Shown: positions 8,922 to 18,174 of the stretch, piece after piece
Layout: each line of letters starts with the position of its first letter
Position numbering within the stretch: position 1 is the stretch's first letter
Assembly: GCA_046582655.1 (NCBI GenBank)
Contig: JAYGDX010000151.1
Location: forward strand, 1 to 30,276
DNA length: 30,276 nucleotides
From: Candidatus Poribacteria bacterium
GTDB lineage: Bacteria; Poribacteria; WGA-4E; UBA9662
Direction: 5' to 3'
Translations under genes and position numbers: made by a program
The notes under the pieces: generated by a model
The model's database searches: none
What the model was told of the DNA's origin: nothing
What the model saw: only the letters and a program-made list of their open reading frames with translations

Positions 8922-10121
8922 ATGCAAGTCGATCGAAAAAAATTCACCGCGGAAGGTTACAATATCCTGTCAAATGTGGTACCTCCTGGCCAACTTGAGC
9001 CCCTGCGCCACAGCATCGAACACATGGTCAACCAGAGAAAAGAGATTTCCGCCCAGCAACGTACACCGCATGAACCGCAGGGAGGTTCATGGCAGGCAAG
9101 TGCTCAACCTCGATTGCAGTTCGATGCAGACTGCAATGCAGTTTCAGCCACCGCAATTGAGTTCCTGCTTCACGAAAATACGCTGGGTGTTAGCAAACAG
9201 CTAATCAAGGCAGAACATGTGGTGCCGCACCAGTTTGGCTGTCTATGCAGCGGAAGCTACGACGCTGGTCCGATGCGTTGGCATCGTGACATTGGACCAG
9301 GAGAACCTGCCCCGTTGCGTGGGATGATCTCCAACATGGAACATCACGGTCCCAGTTATCTCCAATGGAATATTGCTTTGTACGATGACAGTGTTCTCTG
9401 GATTGTTCCAGGCAGCCATCGCCAGATTAATACCGATCAGGTGAATCGTCAACTTTCGGAAGATCCGTCCGTTCCGCTACCCGGTAGCATACCGGTTGAA
9501 CTAAAGGCAGGAGACGGGGTTGTTTACACCCACCTCCTGCTGCATTGGGGTAGCAACTATAGCAAAAAAATGCGCCGAACCCTGCATCCGGGGTACCGCC
9601 CCTTTGGTTTTGCCGCTATCCCCAATGTTCATTGGAGACATTGGGAACCCGGTTTTTATCACTATCTTCCAAATGCCGTCCGCCAACAGTTTGAAACTTG
9701 GGATCAAATCTTTTTTGCCGAGTTCGATCTTGTAGCCGAAATTCTACACGCTATCATCGCCAGTAATAGGAACCAGTTCCTAACCGCATTTGAAAAATTG
9801 CATCCTTCTCCACATGGTTGCATGGTAAGTGTAGTAATGCTCTCAAAGCTAGCGGTCAAACTTTACAAATTCAAGCACTCAAAAGACAACCCATCTTCGC
9901 TCTGGGGCAATGGTAGAGACTTGGTGTACCTGGCTGGGCATTTTAACGATCAACAGATAGAAATCTTGTGGCAACGGTTTAACGAGCTTGATCAAAAATT
10001 AAAGTCACCATCAACGGAAAATTATCCCGGCTTTCAGCGGACATCAGATTATAATGCCATTGACATGCCACTAAACTTTGAAATCGATGATTTCGTCGCC
10101 AGTTGGGAGAATTTTCATTAA
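8922..10121 (+). CDS. PhyH family Fe(II)/2OG dioxygenase with long C-terminal extension (tandem paralog)
   Basis: WHRD, 'WIVPGSH', 'LKAGDGVVY', 'LHWGSNYS', 'RRTLH'. Aligns by eye end to end with the upstream gene. Confidence 0.85.
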   Translation: MQVDRKKFTAEGYNILSNVVPPGQLEPLRHSIEHMVNQRKEISAQQRTPHEPQGGSWQASAQPRLQFDADCNAVSATAIEFLLHENTLGVSKQLIKAEHVVPHQFGCLCSGSYDAGPMRWHRDIGPGEPAPLRGMISNMEHHGPSYLQWNIALYDDSVLWIVPGSHRQINTDQVNRQLSEDPSVPLPGSIPVELKAGDGVVYTHLLLHWGSNYSKKMRRTLHPGYRPFGFAAIPNVHWRHWEPGFYHYLPNAVRQQFETWDQIFFAEFDLVAEILHAIIASNRNQFLTAFEKLHPSPHGCMVSVVMLSKLAVKLYKFKHSKDNPSSLWGNGRDLVYLAGHFNDQQIEILWQRFNELDQKLKSPSTENYPGFQRTSDYNAIDMPLNFEIDDFVASWENFH

Positions 10122-10159
10122 CGGAAACTCTTTTAAACAAACCGAGGAGTTTATTAAAA

Positions 10160-11161
10160 ATGTCCAACAATCAAACAACGATCCCTTCTCTAGGTTGGGC
10201 ACTGATCGGCTGTGGCGGTGCTGGGAATAGACACGCGCAGTGGGCAATGTCTACATCTGGAGTTGAAATTCATGGTTTCTGTGACAAGTTCGCGGATTCA
10301 GCAGAGCGTTTTCATCAAAAGTATGGAGGAGCCTACCACACCACCGATCCAGAACGTATCTTCACAGACCCATCAGTGGATATCGTTTCGATTGCTACCT
10401 CACACCATTCTCACGCCGATTTGGCTGTTGCCGCTTGCAATGCTAAAAAACATCTGTTTTTAGAAAAACCGATGGCGATGACCACATCAGATTGTCTGCG
10501 TATTTATCAGGCAATGAAAGAAGCTGGTGTGAAGCTGATGATAAATTTTTCTATTCGCTTTTCTGGTGCAGCACGCCTCATTAAGGAACAAATTGGCCCG
10601 CCACTGGTCAGTCACGGGCAATGCATGATGGGCAAGGCGGATCTTAGTCGATGGCGGTGGCATCCAGAGGAAGGTGGCGGTCCACTCTACGATGTTGGTG
10701 TTCATGCCATAGATCTACTTTGCTGGATACACAACTCAGATCCGGTTGAAGTTTATGCTACAGGAGGGCAAATCACTCATCCTAACGAACTTGGAAGCGA
10801 CGATATGATAGACACAGTGGCCGCTACCATTCGTTTTGCCAACAACTCAGTGGCTACCTTTCTCATGAGCGATGCTGGCAGTAGTTCTGTTGTTTCCAAA
10901 TGGTTTTTCGAATTTTTTGATGGTTCCCGTTCTGCGGTACTTCATGAACATTTCAGCCGGGTTACTTTTGGCGATGGTCAAACCAGTAAGCCGCCTGTTA
11001 TCGAACGCTTGCCACTGTTGATAGAGTCTATTCATCATGATACAGAACCTTACGTTCCCCCACGCACCGGTATTTTGTCCACCTTGCTAGTGGAAAAAAT
11101 CGCCGCCTCTGCCCAGACCGGAAGTCCTCAAAAAATAGAAATTCCCAACCTGAATGGATAG
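10160..11161 (+). CDS. Gfo/Idh/MocA family NAD(P)-dependent oxidoreductase
   Basis: 'LIGCGGAG', 'LEKPMA', 'GGGPLYDVGVHAID'. Start at ATG 10160 after GAGGAG. Confidence 0.9.
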   Translation: MSNNQTTIPSLGWALIGCGGAGNRHAQWAMSTSGVEIHGFCDKFADSAERFHQKYGGAYHTTDPERIFTDPSVDIVSIATSHHSHADLAVAACNAKKHLFLEKPMAMTTSDCLRIYQAMKEAGVKLMINFSIRFSGAARLIKEQIGPPLVSHGQCMMGKADLSRWRWHPEEGGGPLYDVGVHAIDLLCWIHNSDPVEVYATGGQITHPNELGSDDMIDTVAATIRFANNSVATFLMSDAGSSSVVSKWFFEFFDGSRSAVLHEHFSRVTFGDGQTSKPPVIERLPLLIESIHHDTEPYVPPRTGILSTLLVEKIAASAQTGSPQKIEIPNLNG

Positions 11162-11174
11162 GAGATTATAACCG

Positions 11175-12101
11175 ATGGCTAATTCTCATTTTAAACTGGG
11201 TATGTACCTTCCTGAGTTGCGGCTTCCTTTTGACGAAGCACTGGCAAAGGCTAAAGAAATTGGAGCCGAATATGTCTGGTTTAATCATTTATCCGATGAG
11301 ACACCAATTAGCCAAATGAGTGATGACGAAGTTGACCATATGGGTAAACGCGTTTCCCAGCACGGTTTGAAGATCTTCCTGATTGGTGCCGGAAACCCCT
11401 TTAAGACAATACACCTAACAGATCTATCTTTGGAAACTATGACAGACCACCCGGCATTCCGAAAGGAATTAAACGATCTGATTCGGTCCATGCAAATTGC
11501 ATCACGCCTAGAAGTAAGTACCGTTAATGCCTTTTCCTTCGCTTGGCCAGGTGAATATACCGCAGGTAAACCGACATGGCCAATGCGCTGGTTAACCCGC
11601 GGTGGTATAATCTCCGATGGTGAGATGGATAAATTGATCAAAGCATTCTCGATGGTGGAAGTGGAAGCAGAACATTACAATATCGACGTGGCACTATCCA
11701 TGATGTGTTGGAATTACACCAATACAACAGGCAATTTTCGGCGTCTTGTTGACCAACTTGGCTCTAAAAGGATCAAGGTAATGTGGGGACCAGCCGATAA
11801 CATAAACTGCGGCGAATGGGATGTGGCCACAACCGGATTCCACAACATACGACCTTACTTGCACGGACTTCATCTTAAAGATCTGCACATCATTGACGGT
11901 CAGCAATTGCGATTTGAATATCGCCCGATTGGCGATGGAGATGTCGATTATCTAACAGTTCTAAGACAGTTGCGAGATCACAATTGCGACACCGTTCTTT
12001 CAGTGGCAACCCATTTTCTTCCAGCTAAAGGCTCGCCAGAAGACGCAATGCGCATCAATTACACTAATCTCCTATCACTTATTCAACAAACAAAGGAATA
12101 A
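11175..12101 (+). CDS. Sugar phosphate isomerase/epimerase family (xylose isomerase-like / AP endonuclease 2 TIM barrel) protein with degenerate metal ligands
   Basis: 'DEALAKAKEIGAEYV', 'LHLKD', 'PIGDGDVDY'. GGAG RBS upstream. Confidence 0.78.
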   Translation: MANSHFKLGMYLPELRLPFDEALAKAKEIGAEYVWFNHLSDETPISQMSDDEVDHMGKRVSQHGLKIFLIGAGNPFKTIHLTDLSLETMTDHPAFRKELNDLIRSMQIASRLEVSTVNAFSFAWPGEYTAGKPTWPMRWLTRGGIISDGEMDKLIKAFSMVEVEAEHYNIDVALSMMCWNYTNTTGNFRRLVDQLGSKRIKVMWGPADNINCGEWDVATTGFHNIRPYLHGLHLKDLHIIDGQQLRFEYRPIGDGDVDYLTVLRQLRDHNCDTVLSVATHFLPAKGSPEDAMRINYTNLLSLIQQTKE

Positions 12102-12126
12102 TGGCGGGTAGAGGAAGTTAGTTAGC

Positions 12127-13095
12127 ATGCAATTTTTCTCTGTTTCTGATGAAGTCGTCTCTCTACCCAAGGGGGCCTGGGCGAAGTCACATCGAATTAA
12201 CGTATGCTGGCAGGGAAGGCACATCACATCTCTGAGCCAAGGTGAATATCGTGCCTATCTCTTTCCCGTTTACACCCCTCAGGGGTTTGCTGTTACCACA
12301 GAAAGCCCTATCGATCATCCACACCATAATTCTATTTGGATCGGTGCAGACCATCTTCATTGCCATTTACCCTTTTCCAGCCATGATTATGAAGAGGCCA
12401 CTTATAATTTCTACGTTAACGAAGTCTTTCAGGGACGCGCGGCGGGTCGTATCCTAAGTGTTTCTGTGGAACACAAAGAGGTTTCGGAAACCCATCTCCA
12501 GATCACCCAAACACTCAACTGGCAAGGCCCGAACGAGTGGGGCATGCCACAGGGCAGAATCCTAGCCATTGAAACTCGTACCATAAACATCCATCCTGGT
12601 GAGATTGCTAACCTGATCGATATCCGCTCGCAACTGCGCCCGACAGATTGGGATCTTCGTATCGGTCCGACGCGTCACGCTTATTTTGGCGTTCGCATGT
12701 CGGAAGCGTTACGAGTGACTACCGGAGCTAAACTTATCGATTCAGCCAATCGTTCTGGCGGCATGGAGATTACGGGCCAGGTTTCTGACTGGGTAGATTG
12801 TTCAGGAATGATAGCAACTTCAAGAAGTGCCGGAATCGCCTTGTTTGCTTATCCTTCCTGTGCGGGAGAACCATGGTTTGTTTCGGATTGGGGCATTCTA
12901 ACAGTTAATCCACTGAGGCAGCAGGGAAAAATGCTTTGTCAAAACGAAAAGCTGGATTTAGCCGTGCGTGTTGTTGTTCATGATGGCGACGCGCAACAGG
13001 CAGAAATTGCCAAACTTTATCAGTCGTTTCGCCAAGAACTGACTTCGCAGCACAATAATAAAATCCACAGAAAAAAGAGTAAGAGTGTATCATGA
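12127..13095 (+). CDS. DUF6807 ('PmoA family', PF14100-like) protein
   Basis: 'YLFPVYTPQG', 'DHPHHNSIW', 'YFGVRM', 'DWVDCSG', 'WFV..WG', 'VRVVVHDGD'. Confidence 0.78.
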   Translation: MQFFSVSDEVVSLPKGAWAKSHRINVCWQGRHITSLSQGEYRAYLFPVYTPQGFAVTTESPIDHPHHNSIWIGADHLHCHLPFSSHDYEEATYNFYVNEVFQGRAAGRILSVSVEHKEVSETHLQITQTLNWQGPNEWGMPQGRILAIETRTINIHPGEIANLIDIRSQLRPTDWDLRIGPTRHAYFGVRMSEALRVTTGAKLIDSANRSGGMEITGQVSDWVDCSGMIATSRSAGIALFAYPSCAGEPWFVSDWGILTVNPLRQQGKMLCQNEKLDLAVRVVVHDGDAQQAEIAKLYQSFRQELTSQHNNKIHRKKSKSVS

Positions 13096-13937
13096 AAATC
13101 GCTTATGGAACGTATGCTATGCCCCTCATGAAGCTAGAAACGGTAATCCCCACGCTAGCACAAATAGGATATGATGGAGTTGAAATCTGCATTGGATCCA
13201 AACATCTCGAATCTATGCCTGACCAAATCAACCTGAGGCGTCGAAAGGAACTAAAGCAACTCCTGAAACGACATCGCCAGGGTGTGCCAGCATTTATGGT
13301 CTTGGGACATATTCTGGAGGAAGACGAACAAGCACATCAGGATAACCTTGAACTGATGCGACAGGTTGCTCAACTAGCTAGGGATCTTGATGTTGGAGAG
13401 ACGCCTGTGATTGCCAGAGGAATCGGTGGCAAAAGTGACTTGTGGGAAGAACAGCGTGACCAGATTGTTCAACGATTCATGGACTACGCTCAACTTGCCT
13501 CAGTGGAGGGTTTTATCATAGCTGGCGAAGCTCATTTCGGCGCAGCTGTAGACCGATCGAAGCGGGCAATATGGGTAATCGAAACAGTTGACAGTCCTTC
13601 TGCTGGGTTGCACTTTGACATCGTCCATTTTTATCTGGCTGGTGAGAGGATCGAAGATTCGGTCAATAATCTGGTTCCCATTACCATCCACACCCATATT
13701 ACGGATGCCAGACGGTATGCTGATGGTCAATTCGATTTGCTGCTTCTGGGAGAAGGTGAACTCGACAGCGTCACTTACTTGAAGGCAATGCATAAGGCAG
13801 GATGGAATGACTTCATCACTTTAGAAGTTAGCGCACGCGTTTGGTCGAAAGAAGGATACTGCCCTGTTCAGGCAGCCTCTCTTTCTTATGCTACCTTGAA
13901 TAAAGCTTTTAAAATAGCCGGTGTCACCCGAACTTAA
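13092..13937 (+). CDS. Sugar phosphate isomerase/epimerase family TIM-barrel protein
   Basis: 'IGYDGVEI', 'AGEAH', 'LHFDIVH', 'HTHITD', 'GEGELD', 'ITLEV', with the canonical E/D/H/E ligands. ATGA overlap with the upstream gene. Confidence 0.85.
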   Translation: MKIAYGTYAMPLMKLETVIPTLAQIGYDGVEICIGSKHLESMPDQINLRRRKELKQLLKRHRQGVPAFMVLGHILEEDEQAHQDNLELMRQVAQLARDLDVGETPVIARGIGGKSDLWEEQRDQIVQRFMDYAQLASVEGFIIAGEAHFGAAVDRSKRAIWVIETVDSPSAGLHFDIVHFYLAGERIEDSVNNLVPITIHTHITDARRYADGQFDLLLLGEGELDSVTYLKAMHKAGWNDFITLEVSARVWSKEGYCPVQAASLSYATLNKAFKIAGVTRT

Positions 13938-13952
13938 CTAAGCTAATTATCG

Positions 13953-14873
13953 ATGGAGAAATCACCAAAAATGCGCGTTTCGATGACAGGTGCTACCGGA
14001 TTCGTTGGATCCTACACCATTCAGTCGCTTCTGGAAACCGATCACCAGCTCCGTGCCTTGGTTCGTCCTTCAACAGATGCGTCCTGGTTGGAAGAGTCGG
14101 GAGTTGAAATCTGCAGAGGAGCAATGACCGATGAATTGAGCCTCCGCTCACTGGTTGATGGTGCTGAGGTGCTGATACATACCGCTTACGAATCCAACCC
14201 ATCGGAGGAAGAGAACAACCTTGACTATTTCCGCTCCAATATCTTTGGATCTTTGACTTTGCTGGAGCTCGCCTATCAAGCAAGAGTCAGGCAGTTCATT
14301 TGTACATCCAGCACCTATATTCTTCGACCTGATGTTAATAACCCAAGAGAAGTAAATAATGCATCAATTGACGAAGATTCATCATGGGTACCTGCATCCA
14401 GCCGATATTTGCTGCACAATGCCGTCTTGGAGTCAGGATGCCAGACTTATTTCCGACAGTTTGGCCTCAATACAACCTGTTTTCGCTGTGCTTGGATTTA
14501 TGGAATCCACCCCAATCTGGAAAGAACAGTTTGGCGCGATATCATTGAACACACCAGGTCGGGAGAAAGGTACGAAAGCAAGTTTGGATGCGATGTTGTT
14601 GCTGTTGAGGATGTTGCGCTAACATTGACCGCCTCCGTGGGTCATCCGAAGGCATTCGGTCAAGTTTTCAATCTAGCTGAAATGTTTGTCTACAACCAGG
14701 AACTCGCTCAAATTGCATGGAGCGTGACCGGAAATCAAGCTAAAGTACCAGAACAGAGGTTGCCAAAACCCAAGCCGATCAGTTCTGAAAGAATCAAGTC
14801 ACTTGGCATAAACTTTCATCGTGGCGCAGAAGGAATCCATACTTACTTTAAGAGGCTGAACCAATTGATCTAA
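13953..14873 (+). CDS. NAD-dependent epimerase/dehydratase (extended SDR), atypical active site
   Basis: 'TGATGFVGS', 'LIHTA', 'TSS', 'IYG', 'VAVEDVA', 'GQVFNL'. The YxxxK motif reads YLLHN. Alternative start at 13971. Confidence 0.82.
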   Translation: MEKSPKMRVSMTGATGFVGSYTIQSLLETDHQLRALVRPSTDASWLEESGVEICRGAMTDELSLRSLVDGAEVLIHTAYESNPSEEENNLDYFRSNIFGSLTLLELAYQARVRQFICTSSTYILRPDVNNPREVNNASIDEDSSWVPASSRYLLHNAVLESGCQTYFRQFGLNTTCFRCAWIYGIHPNLERTVWRDIIEHTRSGERYESKFGCDVVAVEDVALTLTASVGHPKAFGQVFNLAEMFVYNQELAQIAWSVTGNQAKVPEQRLPKPKPISSERIKSLGINFHRGAEGIHTYFKRLNQLI

Positions 14874-14896
14874 ATTCAGATTAGGAAAACCACGCC

Positions 14897-16009
14897 ATGC
14901 AATTTAAAGAACACTCGATTGATCAAGAATTCAGAGGAGCATACGGCCTAGCAGTTGCCGATATGAATGGAAATGGCAGGAAGGATATCGTCGTCGGTTC
15001 TATTACAGACCCAGTGATAGCTTGGTACGAATCTCCACATTGGCAGAAACACTTAATCACCGATCAACATCCAGGCAATATTACTATCGCTACTCACGAT
15101 TTGACAGGAAACAGTATACCTGACCTGATTGTTGGCAGTGGTTTCAACCGCAGACAACGAGTGCCAGTCGAATATCTACATTGGCTTGAAGCACCAAATG
15201 GCAGTGGTCAATGGACGAGCCACTATATCGACGAGATTCCCTTCCTCCACCGTATCGGCCTTGCAGATATTAATGGCGATGGACAGTTACTCCTATTTGT
15301 GGCTTCTATTCGGGGCGCTGAAGGGGAGTTCAATGAATGGCATGATCCCGGCGCCCTCTGGTGCTACCAAATTCCAAGCGATCCAATTAACCAAACTTGG
15401 CAACGCCGTTTAATCGATAATCAGCTACATCTCAACCACGGTTTGAGTTTTGGGGATGTGGATAGGGACGGACGACTTGATATCCTCATCGGTTGCAGAG
15501 ATGGACTAATTTGGTTTGAACCACCGTCTAACCCGTTTACAGAAAGGTGGCACAAATGGATTATTAGCGACTGTGAAAGCAGTGAAGTCTTTACGGTTGA
15601 TCTTGATGGCGACGGGATTAATGAAATTTTATCTATTGAGCCTTGGCACGGAAATACCATAGCCTGGTATAAAGCTTCTGGAAATCTACGGAGAGACAAA
15701 TGGTTGCGACATGAAATTGATAACACCTTAAATCGTGGTCACGCACTACATGCCGTTGATCTCGATAACGATGGAAAAATTGAGATTATCACTGGCTATA
15801 ACGGCAAAGGGACAAGCCTTCAACTCTACCGACATACAAATCTAAGTCAAAATCAATGGGAAAAAGTGCTTATTGACCACGGCGGATTAGGTGTTGGTCT
15901 GATGGTTATAGATGATCTGAACCATAATGGACGGATGGATATTGTTGCCGGTGGATTGAGCACAAACAATCTCAAATGGTATGAGAATTTCGTTCACCAA
16001 TCGAAGTGA
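14897..16009 (+). CDS. FG-GAP/VCBS-repeat beta-propeller resembling the aldos-2-ulose dehydratase propeller domain
   Basis: Seven DxxxxG-type blades (DMNGNG, DLTGNS, DINGDG, DVDRDG, DLDGDG, DLDNDG, DLNHNG), plus 'LHRI', 'NHG', 'EPWHGN' and 'GHALH'. No signal peptide. Confidence 0.75.
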   Translation: MQFKEHSIDQEFRGAYGLAVADMNGNGRKDIVVGSITDPVIAWYESPHWQKHLITDQHPGNITIATHDLTGNSIPDLIVGSGFNRRQRVPVEYLHWLEAPNGSGQWTSHYIDEIPFLHRIGLADINGDGQLLLFVASIRGAEGEFNEWHDPGALWCYQIPSDPINQTWQRRLIDNQLHLNHGLSFGDVDRDGRLDILIGCRDGLIWFEPPSNPFTERWHKWIISDCESSEVFTVDLDGDGINEILSIEPWHGNTIAWYKASGNLRRDKWLRHEIDNTLNRGHALHAVDLDNDGKIEIITGYNGKGTSLQLYRHTNLSQNQWEKVLIDHGGLGVGLMVIDDLNHNGRMDIVAGGLSTNNLKWYENFVHQSK

Positions 16010-16035
16010 CAAAAGATATCGGGGGGAATAAAATC

Positions 16036-16884
16036 ATGTCTATTGGTGAAACCCAGTTTCAGCTAAATCAGGATCAAGCTTCTTTCTTCGATAGGCAGGG
16101 ATACTTAATTATCGAAGATGCACTTAAAGGCAACCAGCTGCACAAAATTCAAGGGACGTCTTACCGAGTTGAACAACAGACACAGGCAGAATGGCGACAA
16201 GCCGTAGCTAACCTACCAGATTTTAGGCCCTATGGCCTTGGTCCTACTGCCCATGTAGTTTACCCCATTATCAACCATGATGACATCTTCCTCGATTTGC
16301 TTGAACATCCCATGACCATTTCGATCGCTATGGCTTTCATGGGTCCGGATATACAGATGATTGACAACGCCCTCCATATTAAGCCTGCTGGATCGCGATC
16401 GCATACCGGATGGCATCGAGATGCTCAGACATGGTTTCACTCGACGGAAGCCTGGACAGAAGCAGATCAATACACATGGCAGCAGATGCGGGCCTGCGAA
16501 CGCCCTTTTTTTAAAATTAAGATTTTCTTTTGTGTGGACGATGTGAATGAAGAAACGGCTCCGTTCAGTGTGGTACCCGGCAGTCATAAAACGGGCGAGG
16601 ATCGAGTGCCTCAATACAATGAACTCGAAGAGATGCCAAATCACCTCAAATTAGTGGGCAAGGCTGGCACTGCCATCCTCTGGAATGGACGCATTTGGCA
16701 CACAGCTATGCACAATACCGACACCAAGTCTCGGCGCATGCTCCTCTTCAACTACACACACTTTGGCATGAAACAACACGCTCCCTGTGTACCAGCATCG
16801 GGTTTTGCACAACACGTACGCAATCGGTCTCCGCTATGCCGGCAACTCCTTGGACTTGAACGAATGACCACAACAGACCAATAA
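16036..16884 (+). CDS. PhyH family Fe(II)/2OG dioxygenase
   Basis: 'FFDRQGYLII', WHRD, 'VVPGSH', 'GKAGTAILWNGRIWH', 'RRML'. Start at ATG 16036. Confidence 0.87.
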   Translation: MSIGETQFQLNQDQASFFDRQGYLIIEDALKGNQLHKIQGTSYRVEQQTQAEWRQAVANLPDFRPYGLGPTAHVVYPIINHDDIFLDLLEHPMTISIAMAFMGPDIQMIDNALHIKPAGSRSHTGWHRDAQTWFHSTEAWTEADQYTWQQMRACERPFFKIKIFFCVDDVNEETAPFSVVPGSHKTGEDRVPQYNELEEMPNHLKLVGKAGTAILWNGRIWHTAMHNTDTKSRRMLLFNYTHFGMKQHAPCVPASGFAQHVRNRSPLCRQLLGLERMTTTDQ

Positions 16885-16929
16885 AACATTCAGGTAGCAA
16901 CATCCCCTCACCTGACAGAGACTACTGGG

Positions 16930-18108
16930 ATGAAGAAAACTTTCGAGTTCAGACTGGTTCAGTTCCTCCTATACTTGACCTTGTTTCATGTTAGCATCTT
17001 GTTGGCTCGTCCAGAGATAGCAGTTGAAGCACATCTCAAGAAGGCAGATACACATGCGGAACAGCATAATTTCACACGCGCCATCGAGCATCTGCTGAAT
17101 GCACTGGAAACTGATCCCAAATGTGTTGAAGCATATCTGAAAATTGGAGACCTTTTTTTCAACATTGGAAAAATTGGTGAAGCGGTTGAATCCTACTCAA
17201 TAGTCTTACAACTCCAACCAAACGCTTCCACCGCTCAAGATCACTTAAACGCAATCACTCACTACAATTCAGGCATTCTTTTCGTAAGACGAGGAGACTT
17301 TGAAAAAGCAAAAGCTGAATATCAACTTGCCATACAACTCTGTCCTAATCAATCCTTCCCCTATTATCAATTCGGTCACGTACTTTCTCACCAGCATAAC
17401 TTTTCCGATGCCATTCCCTTCTATCAAAGATCGATTGAACTGTATACTGAAAACACGAGTGCTCATTATCAGCTAATGAATGCCTATTTTCGCTCAAGAG
17501 ACCAAGAAAAAGGAAATCGTCAATTAAAAAAGCTTAGACAGATCAGGGCCCAAAAAAGGTTCCGCCTAGCAGAAGACGATTTGAAAAACGGAAATACCAA
17601 CCAAGCTGTCAAATTATATAACCGAGCACTTGATATGGATACCGAATACACCCCTGCCTATGCCAGACTGGGTGCGATTGCGTTTCAGAAGGACGAATTA
17701 GTGAAGGCACGGAAACATCTACGGCGGGCGCTTGAAATTGATCCAGATTTCACCGCGGCGCACTATCAACTCGGCTGGATCTATCAGAAAAGCGGTCAAA
17801 TTCAAAAGGCGGTTAAATCATTTGAAAGAGTTGTGGTACTTCGACCAAATTCTGCACCTGCCTGCAATACATTGGCCATGCTTTATCTGGAACAGGATTA
17901 CTGCTTAGATGACGCGCTTATTCTGGCCAAGAGGGCGGTTAAGTTCAAGCCAATTCCCTCTTACTGGGATACCCTCGCATATGGCTTGTATAAAAAACAG
18001 AAATATGAAGAAGCTGGCAAAGCGATTAAAAAGGCGCTTGAACTGCAACCTGATCATCCTGAGTACTTGGCACGTCAGCAAGCTATTCAAGAGCACCTCA
18101 TCGAGTAG
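16930..18108 (+). CDS. Tetratricopeptide-repeat protein, probably exported or membrane-anchored
   Basis: Many 34-aa TPR units ('AYLKIGDLF', 'AYARLGAIA', 'AHYQLGWIY', 'YWDTLAYGL'). Hydrophobic N-terminus. Confidence 0.88.
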   Translation: MKKTFEFRLVQFLLYLTLFHVSILLARPEIAVEAHLKKADTHAEQHNFTRAIEHLLNALETDPKCVEAYLKIGDLFFNIGKIGEAVESYSIVLQLQPNASTAQDHLNAITHYNSGILFVRRGDFEKAKAEYQLAIQLCPNQSFPYYQFGHVLSHQHNFSDAIPFYQRSIELYTENTSAHYQLMNAYFRSRDQEKGNRQLKKLRQIRAQKRFRLAEDDLKNGNTNQAVKLYNRALDMDTEYTPAYARLGAIAFQKDELVKARKHLRRALEIDPDFTAAHYQLGWIYQKSGQIQKAVKSFERVVVLRPNSAPACNTLAMLYLEQDYCLDDALILAKRAVKFKPIPSYWDTLAYGLYKKQKYEEAGKAIKKALELQPDHPEYLARQQAIQEHLIE

Positions 18109-18174
18109 CAAAGATAGAATATTTGAATTATCTAAGAATATTTTTCAAATATTTCAAAAATAAATAATATTTTA

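Noticed and set aside
12127..13095. Methane monooxygenase (from the 'PmoA family' label)
   Set aside because: The protein is soluble with no transmembrane helices, and there is no pmoB or pmoC. The family name is a misnomer (DUF6807).
6461..18108. Secondary-metabolite biosynthetic cluster or anti-phage defence system
   Set aside because: No scaffold-forming enzyme (NRPS, PKS, RiPP precursor, cyclase, glycosyltransferase) and no nuclease or NTPase defence domains. A catabolic reading is more parsimonious.
18118..18153. 10-bp inverted repeat AATATTTGAA / TTCAAATATT as a terminator
   Set aside because: Almost all A/T, with a 16-nt loop in a very AT-rich tract. Too weak to call, though an operator role cannot be excluded.
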